Assembly: GCA_944325055.1 (NCBI GenBank)
Contig: CALUYP010000018.1
Coordinates: 667-64,666 of the forward strand
Reading direction: 5' to 3'
DNA: 64,000 bases
DNA from: an uncultured Elusimicrobiales bacterium
GTDB taxonomy: Bacteria; Elusimicrobiota; Elusimicrobia; Elusimicrobiales; Elusimicrobiaceae
This document shows positions 17,618-24,647 of this stretch, piece by piece. The notes beneath the pieces are model-generated. The model did no database searches and was not told where the DNA came from. It saw only the letters and a program-made list of their open reading frames with translations. The position numbers and the translations under genes were made by a program. Each line of letters opens with the position of its first letter. Within the stretch, counting starts at the first letter, position 1.

Positions 17618-18771
17618 TGTCCACCATCACGCCCATTACCAAAAACATCCTGATTGTCGCCGGAGACGTTTCCGGCGATATCCATGCCGCCGGCTTGATT
17701 CGTGCGTTGAAAGAAGCTGATCCCGATGTCTGTATTACCGCTGTCGGCGGAAAACAAATGCAGGCCGCCAGCGATCATTTTCTGTATGATTTGGCCGGCC
17801 AAGGCGCCAGCGGATTTGTGGAACCGCTAAAAAAAATGCCGCTTTGGATCAAACTAATGAACCAAATCCGCGATTACATGGAAGCGCAAAATCCAGTAGC
17901 GCTTATCGTGGTCGATTTTTATGGGTTCAATCATCAGATTTTGGGAATGGCAAAACACCGCCGTATCCCCTCCTATTATTATGTAACGCCGCAGGTCTGG
18001 GCCAGCCGCCAATACCGGGCCAAACAATTGGCGGAACTGACCCGAAAAATGTTTACCATCTACCCTTTTGAACCGGAGTTCCATAAAAAATTCGGCGGAA
18101 ACGCTCTTTTCTTGGGAAACCCCCTGCTCGACCAGCTTCCCGCTCCACTGGATAAAAATTACGATATTGCCGACCATAAACATTACGCCTGGAAATTAGG
18201 AATGCTGCCCGGCAGCCGGATGGGGGAAATCAAACGGCTAACCCCTGTCTTTTACCAAGCTTATAAACAAGTGCTTAAAGAATTTCCCAATACCCAAGGC
18301 TATATGTTCCTTTTGCCGGACGCAGATGAAAAAATTTTTTTAGATTTGATAGGTGAAAAGCCACACGCCAATTTTCATTTAGTGAAAGATTCGCATTACG
18401 AACTCCGCTCGCAAATGGATTTTTTGCTGGCCTGTTCAGGCACCGCCACGTTGGAAAACGCACTGTTGGGAGTACCTATGGTGGTGGCCTACAAGTTATT
18501 TTGGCCCACATACCAAATTGCCAAAATGATTATTAAAGTGCCCTATATTTCACTGGTTAATCTGTTGTCGAAAAAGTTGTTGGTCAAAGAACTTATCCAG
18601 TCTGAGGCTACGCCCCGGTTGCTTGCGGCGGAAACAATGGCCATGTTCCAAAACCCGGCTAAGCTGGCGCAAATGCGCGAAGAACTTTTAAAATTACGCG
18701 CTTCGTTGGGAGAACCCGGCGTAGCAAAACGGGCGGCGGCAGAAATCTTGGAAGATTTAAAACACGAGTAA
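17617..18771 (+). CDS. lpxB: Lipid-A-disaccharide synthase
   Basis: GT19 hallmarks: ILIVAGDVSGDIHAAGLIRAL, YYVTPQVWASR, SGTATLENALLGVPMVVAYK. Confidence 0.9.
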   Translation: MSTITPITKNILIVAGDVSGDIHAAGLIRALKEADPDVCITAVGGKQMQAASDHFLYDLAGQGASGFVEPLKKMPLWIKLMNQIRDYMEAQNPVALIVVDFYGFNHQILGMAKHRRIPSYYYVTPQVWASRQYRAKQLAELTRKMFTIYPFEPEFHKKFGGNALFLGNPLLDQLPAPLDKNYDIADHKHYAWKLGMLPGSRMGEIKRLTPVFYQAYKQVLKEFPNTQGYMFLLPDADEKIFLDLIGEKPHANFHLVKDSHYELRSQMDFLLACSGTATLENALLGVPMVVAYKLFWPTYQIAKMIIKVPYISLVNLLSKKLLVKELIQSEATPRLLAAETMAMFQNPAKLAQMREELLKLRASLGEPGVAKRAAAEILEDLKHE

Positions 18772-18774
18772 CTT

Positions 18775-20229
18775 ATGCAAGAAGCACCCGATTTGCCGGC
18801 ATTGCTGCAAAAATTTAAAGAATACAATCCCAATCAGGATACCGCCCTGATTGAGAAAGCTTATTTTTTTGCCGAAAAAGCACATGCCGGACAAAAACGG
18901 GAAAGCGGCGAACCCTATTTTACCCATTGCTGCCATGTCGCCAATATTTTGATGGATTTTAATTTGGACGCCGACACCATCTGCGCCGGCTTATTGCACG
19001 ACACGGTAGAAGATACGCCCGTTACATTGGAAGATTTAAAACGCGAATTTAATAAAGAAATCGCCCATATGGTGCAGGGAGTAACAAAGATCAGCGATTT
19101 AAAATTTTCATCTACAGACGAAGAAACGGTTGAAAATTGGCGTAAAATGCTAATCGCAGTAGCGGAAGACGTACGCGTCATTTTAATCAAACTGGCCGAC
19201 CGCACCCATAATATGCGCACAATGGACGTCATGCCGCCGGACCGCCAACAGTTTAAAGCATATGAAACCATTTCGCTCTATGCCCCTTTAGCCCAGCGGC
19301 TGGGAATGTTTACCATTAAAACAGATTTGGAAGATCTTTCTTTTAAATATCTGCATCCGCAAGAATATGCCGATATCAAAAAACAAGTGGAAGACCGCAC
19401 GGCGGACCGGCAAGCGGCGCTCGACGCTTTCAAAAAACAATTGGAACCTTCTTTGCGGGCGGAGCATATGGACTTCCGGATTTTAGCGCGTGCCAAAAAT
19501 TATTACTCCATTTACCGTAAAATGCAAAAACACAACTGCACTTTTGCGGAGATACAAGATTCGCTTGGGGTTCGCATTATTACCAAAACCCTGCAAGACT
19601 GCTACCGAGCTTTAGGAATCGTGCATAACGTATTCAAGCCGATTGCCGGTACTTTTACCGATTATATCGCCACGCCGAAAGCCAATATGTACCAAAGCAT
19701 CCATACCACCGTTCTTTCTCCGACCGGAGACATCATTGAAATCCAAATCCGCACCGAAGATATGCACCGCACCTGTGAATACGGTATCGCAGCGCATTGG
19801 CGTTACAAGATGGGGAATGTAAAGCAGGACAAGAATTTTGACGAAAAGATCAACTGGATCCGCCGCTGGATTGAATGGCAGCAAGACTTAACCGCACCGC
19901 GCGAGTTTTTAGAAGGATTTAAAACGGACGTCAACTTGCAGCAAATTTTCGTCTTTACCCCCCGTGCGGACGTCAAATCTTTGCCGGAAGGATCCACCCC
20001 GCTGGATTTTGCTTACGCGATTCACACAGACATTGGGCACCATTATGCGGGAGCCAAGGTAAACAACCGGATGGTCCGTATGGATTATGTTTTTAAAACG
20101 GGTGACGTATGCGAAATTATTACCCGTAAAAACGGGGAACCCAAACGCGATTGGTTGGAATTTGTGAAAACGGCAGGAGCCCGCAGCCATATTAAACGTT
20201 ACCTGAGAAGCAAAGGAATCGAATTATGA
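18775..20229 (+). CDS. RelA/SpoT-homologue (p)ppGpp synthetase/hydrolase, short form (HD + synthetase + TGS only)
   Basis: HD hydrolase motif LLHDTVEDT. Synthetase blocks YYSIYRKMQK, DYIATPKANMYQSIHTTV and EIQIRTEDMH. TGS domain IFVFTPRADVKSLPEGSTPLDFAYAIH. The protein ends right after the DWLEFVKTAGARSHIKRYL segment. Confidence 0.85.
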   Translation: MQEAPDLPALLQKFKEYNPNQDTALIEKAYFFAEKAHAGQKRESGEPYFTHCCHVANILMDFNLDADTICAGLLHDTVEDTPVTLEDLKREFNKEIAHMVQGVTKISDLKFSSTDEETVENWRKMLIAVAEDVRVILIKLADRTHNMRTMDVMPPDRQQFKAYETISLYAPLAQRLGMFTIKTDLEDLSFKYLHPQEYADIKKQVEDRTADRQAALDAFKKQLEPSLRAEHMDFRILARAKNYYSIYRKMQKHNCTFAEIQDSLGVRIITKTLQDCYRALGIVHNVFKPIAGTFTDYIATPKANMYQSIHTTVLSPTGDIIEIQIRTEDMHRTCEYGIAAHWRYKMGNVKQDKNFDEKINWIRRWIEWQQDLTAPREFLEGFKTDVNLQQIFVFTPRADVKSLPEGSTPLDFAYAIHTDIGHHYAGAKVNNRMVRMDYVFKTGDVCEIITRKNGEPKRDWLEFVKTAGARSHIKRYLRSKGIEL

Positions 20230-20531
20230 ATAATTGCCCACGCTGCAAAAATCGGATAGATGAAACGGATCATTACTGCCGTCACTGCGGGAAAAGCTTG
20301 CAACCGGGACGGGGATTCTTATTTTCACATACGGGTATTATTTTAATGGCGCTTGTATTAGGACCGTTTGCATTGCCGTTTGTATGGTTTTCCAAATTGA
20401 TTGGGCCGGCAGCCAAGTGGATATACACGGGGATATTGGCGGTGGCCGGCGTTTATTTAATCTTTCTCTTATATCATTCCTACATGCTTATGCGGGACGC
20501 GGTGCAAGTAATATCCGGGGGATTTATTTAA
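20226..20531 (+). CDS. Zinc-ribbon domain membrane protein
   Basis: CPRCKNRIDETDHYCRHCG followed by 2-3 TM helices. There is an ATGA overlap with the rel stop, and an AAGGAA SD lies inside the rel 3' end. Confidence 0.65.
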   Translation: MNNCPRCKNRIDETDHYCRHCGKSLQPGRGFLFSHTGIILMALVLGPFALPFVWFSKLIGPAAKWIYTGILAVAGVYLIFLLYHSYMLMRDAVQVISGGFI

Positions 20532-20591
20532 ATTCTTTGCGGACAGATTTTGTAAAATAAAATAACTTGTTGAAATTCTAAGGAGAAACCC

Positions 20592-21905
20592 ATGACATCA
20601 GAAATGTCCAGTGCGAAAACAGAGAAGCAGCCTGCTGGTCTATACATTTTGTTTTTGACCGAAATGTGGGAACGCTTCAGCTATTATGCGATGCGCGGGA
20701 TTTTAGTACTGTATTTGATTAAAGTAATGCAGTTTTCAGAATCCCATGCGAGCAAACTGTATGGTGCAGTTACCAGCCTGATCTATTTGAGTCCGCTCAT
20801 CGGCGGATACATAGCAGACCGCTTTTGGGGACAAAGACGAGCCATCATTGTGGGAGGCGTCTTAATTGCATTAGGCCAATTTGCCATTGCCTCCAACCCC
20901 ACGCTTTCTTTCTTATATGCAGGTCTGTTCTTATTAATTTTGGGAAACGGCCTTTTTAAACCCAATATTTCTACAATTGTTGGAGAATTGTACGAAACCA
21001 ATGATCCCCGACGTGATGCCGGATTTACCATTTTTTTTATGGGTATCAACCTGGTAGCGTTCATCTGCAACTTCGTAGCGGGTACTTTGGCGGAAAAAAT
21101 AGGATTTGGCTGGGGTTTTGCTACGGCCGGATTCGGTATGATTTTAGGGTTAACTATCTTCATTTGGGGAAAAGACAAATACTTGCAAGGGCAAGGTAAA
21201 AAACCCCAAAAACAACCGGTGGCGGAAAAAGCGGTTTCTTCTTCCGCTCCATTAACTACAGAAGAAAAACAACGAATCGCCGTTATCTTTATCATGGCGT
21301 TCTTTAGCATATTCTTTTGGTCCGCTTTTGAACAGGCAGGCGCTTCTTTAACGATCTTTGCCGAAAAATTCACCAACCGCTTCATCTTCGGCTGGGAAAT
21401 GCCTACTTCCTGGTTTCAAAGCGTGAACCCGATGTTTATTATCTTGTTCGCGCCGTTGTTTTCCAAACTGTGGCTGAAACTGGCTAAAAAAGGATTGGAA
21501 CCCTCTACTCCGGCTAAGTTTGTATGGGCGTTTATGTCGTTAGCCTTTGGATTTTTGATTTTGGTGGCGGCGTCTTACGTGTTGCAAACTACGGGAGCGA
21601 AAGTAGGTATTTTCTGGCTGGTATTTGCCTATATGTTCCATACAACGGGCGAATTGTGCTTATCGCCGGTGGGTCTTTCGTTGGTAACCAAATTGGCGCC
21701 GGTACGTTTTGCTTCGCTGTTAATGGGAACTTGGTTTATGGCAAATGCTTTGGCCAACTTTACCGCCGGCTTCTACTCCGGTTATTTCGGACAAATCAGC
21801 AATATCCAATTTTTCACGTGGCTGGTTGTTATGCCGGTGTGTGGAGGCTTGTTGCTTTTGTCAATCAAGAAGTTTGTGATCAAGTGGATGAATGGCATCC
21901 AATAA
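20592..21905 (+). CDS. Proton-dependent oligopeptide transporter (POT/PTR2 family, DtpT-like)
   Basis: PTR2 signature ERFSYYAMRGILVLYL...GGYIADRFWGQRRAI and FKPNISTIVGELY. An AAGGAG SD is present. Confidence 0.85.
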   Translation: MTSEMSSAKTEKQPAGLYILFLTEMWERFSYYAMRGILVLYLIKVMQFSESHASKLYGAVTSLIYLSPLIGGYIADRFWGQRRAIIVGGVLIALGQFAIASNPTLSFLYAGLFLLILGNGLFKPNISTIVGELYETNDPRRDAGFTIFFMGINLVAFICNFVAGTLAEKIGFGWGFATAGFGMILGLTIFIWGKDKYLQGQGKKPQKQPVAEKAVSSSAPLTTEEKQRIAVIFIMAFFSIFFWSAFEQAGASLTIFAEKFTNRFIFGWEMPTSWFQSVNPMFIILFAPLFSKLWLKLAKKGLEPSTPAKFVWAFMSLAFGFLILVAASYVLQTTGAKVGIFWLVFAYMFHTTGELCLSPVGLSLVTKLAPVRFASLLMGTWFMANALANFTAGFYSGYFGQISNIQFFTWLVVMPVCGGLLLLSIKKFVIKWMNGIQ

Positions 21906-21922
21906 AATTGTCTTTCGCTAAA

Positions 21923-21951
21923 GAACCCCGCCTGAACAGGCGGGGTTCTTT
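21923..21951. terminator. Hairpin terminator between convergent POT and Nudix genes
   Basis: 10-bp stem GAACCCCGCC-tgaaca-GGCGGGGTTC, followed by TTT on the plus strand and TTTAG on the minus strand. Confidence 0.65.
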
Positions 21952-21994
21952 ATAGTTGAAAATGCAACTCTAAGAAGAAAAAGCGACAACTTGT

Positions 21995-22447
21995 TTATTC
22001 TTCGGAGTTTTCCGTCTCCGGTTCTTCTTCCGGCTCAATATGCAGGGAAGCCAACAGCATATCCACCAAACGGATATCGCTGGGATATTGCACCAATTCA
22101 CGCGCCTTGGCAAGAGACACCCAACGGATGGCTAAAATCTCAGAAGCGTCATGCTTTCCAATACGCCCTAATTTTTTCATCAAATACCATTGGACCATCT
22201 TCTTGACATAATTTCCTTGGAACGTGAACGCATATTTAACCCGTATCATCGGGCGTATAATGACGGCTTTGTATCCGGTTTCTTCAAGCACTTCGCGCAG
22301 GGCGGCCTGCCGGGGTGTTTCTCCCGGTTCGATATGTCCTTTGGGAAACGTCCAAATCTTTTTCCCCTTCATATTTTTGACTTGCACGAGCAACACTTTC
22401 CGCCCGTCCAAAATCACGCCGCCGCACGAAAATTCGGAAACAATCAT
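21995..22447 (-). CDS. NUDIX hydrolase
   Basis: Nudix box GHIEPGETPRQAALREVLEETG. There is a 4-nt overlap with the gatA stop. Confidence 0.85.
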   Translation of the reverse strand: MIVSEFSCGGVILDGRKVLLVQVKNMKGKKIWTFPKGHIEPGETPRQAALREVLEETGYKAVIIRPMIRVKYAFTFQGNYVKKMVQWYLMKKLGRIGKHDASEILAIRWVSLAKARELVQYPSDIRLVDMLLASLHIEPEEEPETENSEE

Positions 22448-23859
22448 ACACTTTTCTCTAAGTTATATGCCGCGTTGAGAATTTTTTCCTCTTCCAAAAT
22501 CGGTCCGTAAAATTGCACTCCTACCGGAAGTCCTTTGGCATCTTTTCCAAAAGGAATGCTAATTCCCGCTAAACCGCCGATGTTGCCCTGGCAGGTATAC
22601 AAATCCGCCAGATAAAGGGCCAGCGGGTCTTCATCGTGCTGCCCCAGTTTAAAAGCGGTAGTCGGAGAAGTAGGCGTTAAGAGCACATCCACTTGAGAAA
22701 ATACTTTTTTAAAATCTTCCCGAATGAGTTCCCTTACCTTCATTGCTTTTAAAAAACACTCTTCATAACGTTCCGACGTAAGCGCATACGTACCAATAAT
22801 CAAACGTTTTTTCACTTCCAATCCGAACGGTTCACGGGACCCTTCATAATACGTGTTTAAGTCTTTCGCGCTATGATCCGCATAGCCATACCGGATTCCG
22901 TCGTATCGTCCCAAGTTGGAACTGGCTTCGGCGCTGGTAATGATATAGTAAGACGGAGCCGCATATTTTGCTAATGGAATTTCCACTTCCACCAAAGTGG
23001 CGCCCAACTCTTGAAGGCGCGAAGCGGCTTGGTCTATTTTTTCTTTGATATCCGGATTCAATCCATCCAAAAATCCTTTCGGAAGCCCTACTTTCACTCC
23101 TTTAAGACCTTCCGTAAAAAAAGTGTCATACCGAGGTACAGGCGCCGGAAGAGAAGTAGAGTCATGCACATCTTTTCCGGAAATCGTTTCCAGCACTTTA
23201 GCGGCATCCGCCACGGTAGAGGCCAAAACACCCACTTGGTCGGCGCTGGAGGCAAACGCAATCACTCCATAACGGGAGATGCGTCCATAACCGGGTTTAA
23301 TACCCACTATCCCGCAAAAACCAGCCGGCTGACGCACCGAACCGCCGGTATCCGTTCCCAAGGCCGCCGGAACCATTCCCGCCGCTACGGCAGCCGCGCT
23401 GCCGCCGGAAGAACCGCCCGGCACACATTCTAAATTTACCGGATTTTTTACCGGTCCATACACAGAAGTTTGGTTGGTGCTTCCCATAGCAAATTCATCC
23501 ATATTGGTGCGCCCGATAATCACGGCATCCGCCTGCAATAATTTTTCCACCACGGTAGAAGTGTAGGAAGCTACATAATTTTCCAACATTTTGGAACAGC
23601 AAGTTGCTTTATGTCCTTTGTAAAGAATATTATCCTTAATTGCAACAGGTACGCCTGCCAACGGACCTAATTGCTCACCGCGGGCGTGTTTGGCGTCTAT
23701 TTCTTGGGCACGGGCAAGAGCGTCCTGCTCGAACACTTCCACAAACGCGTTGATGGAAGGATTCATCTCCGCAATTTTCGCCAAGCATTCGCGGGTTACT
23801 TCAACGGCGGTTTTTTTACCGGCGGAAACAGCTTTTACAATTTCTAGAACAGTCATCAT
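22444..23859 (-). CDS. gatA: Glu/Asp-tRNA amidotransferase subunit A
   Basis: Amidase signature GGSSGGSAAAVAAG and catalytic-Lys region PVAIKDN. It lies directly downstream of gatC. Confidence 0.9.
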   Translation of the reverse strand: MMTVLEIVKAVSAGKKTAVEVTRECLAKIAEMNPSINAFVEVFEQDALARAQEIDAKHARGEQLGPLAGVPVAIKDNILYKGHKATCCSKMLENYVASYTSTVVEKLLQADAVIIGRTNMDEFAMGSTNQTSVYGPVKNPVNLECVPGGSSGGSAAAVAAGMVPAALGTDTGGSVRQPAGFCGIVGIKPGYGRISRYGVIAFASSADQVGVLASTVADAAKVLETISGKDVHDSTSLPAPVPRYDTFFTEGLKGVKVGLPKGFLDGLNPDIKEKIDQAASRLQELGATLVEVEIPLAKYAAPSYYIITSAEASSNLGRYDGIRYGYADHSAKDLNTYYEGSREPFGLEVKKRLIIGTYALTSERYEECFLKAMKVRELIREDFKKVFSQVDVLLTPTSPTTAFKLGQHDEDPLALYLADLYTCQGNIGGLAGISIPFGKDAKGLPVGVQFYGPILEEEKILNAAYNLEKSV

Positions 23860-23860
23860 G

Positions 23861-24142
23861 TTACAATACCTTCTTTACTTTTGCACACTGGTCTTTTTCT
23901 TCGTCAAATGCGGCGCGCAGGCTGGCGGCCAATTCCGGATGAGATACCGCGACATCCTCCCGCATATGCGCACAATGGTTTACATTGGTTAATTTCACAT
24001 CGTCCGTATTGACGGCAGCTAATTCCGCCACCCACTTAAAAAGCGCCTCCAATTGCTCTTGGTAAATGGTTACTTCCTCTTCACTTACGCGCATTTTGGC
24101 TAATTTGGCAGCGAGTTCTACGTCTTTTTTAGTTATTTCCAT
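23861..24142 (-). CDS. gatC: Glu/Asp-tRNA amidotransferase subunit C
   Basis: 93 aa, with an N-terminus of the KLAKMRVSEEEV... type. The stop is 1 nt from the gatA start. Confidence 0.85.
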   Translation of the reverse strand: MEITKKDVELAAKLAKMRVSEEEVTIYQEQLEALFKWVAELAAVNTDDVKLTNVNHCAHMREDVAVSHPELAASLRAAFDEEKDQCAKVKKVL

Positions 24143-24229
24143 ATAGCGATTGACTCCCTTTGAAAATATATTTTATATAATAATGGGGTCATTTGGCTAG
24201 CTACAAGAAAGCCAAAGACAGGGGGTTGT

Positions 24230-24589
24230 ATGACAGAAGAAGAAAAACAAGCATGTCCGGCTGCAGAGCAAAACCGGGACGATTACCAATGTAATTTAAA
24301 AGGCCCCGGCTGTATTAACAGCCGTTTTACACTGTCCATTATTGCAGTAATTCTCTCGTGTTTTACGGGATTTTTTACCATACCGATTGCCTTAGCCGCG
24401 CTTATTTTGTCTTTGCGCGCGCAGGATTGGGCGCGGGATGGCAGAATGCAAGAAGCACAGCGGGTGGCTTGGTGGGCCGGTTTTTGCGGCTGGCTGACGG
24501 TAATCATCGCGCTGATACCCATTTTATTGGTTATCTTTTTTGGCGGCACAATTATTGCTTTCTTAACCGCCATGCTTGCCAGCGCTTAA
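24230..24589 (+). CDS. Small two/three-TM membrane protein, possibly CD225/dispanin-like
   Basis: Acidic Cys-containing N-terminus. TM1 is followed by SLRAQDWARDGRMQEAQRVAWWA and then a second TM. The spacing resembles SxxVxxxxxxGDxxxAxxxSxxA of CD225. A GGGGG SD is present. Confidence 0.45.
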   Translation: MTEEEKQACPAAEQNRDDYQCNLKGPGCINSRFTLSIIAVILSCFTGFFTIPIALAALILSLRAQDWARDGRMQEAQRVAWWAGFCGWLTVIIALIPILLVIFFGGTIIAFLTAMLASA

Positions 24590-24605
24590 ATCAGGATTTA
24601 CATCT

Positions 24606-24636
24606 AAAAGCCCCGGTTTTTACCGGGGCTTTTTTT
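24606..24636. terminator. Bidirectional rho-independent terminator
   Basis: AAAA-GCCCCGG-ttttta-CCGGGGC-TTTTTTT lies between the small membrane gene (+) and pcrA (-). Confidence 0.85.
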
Positions 24637-24647
24637 GAATAGAGTAT

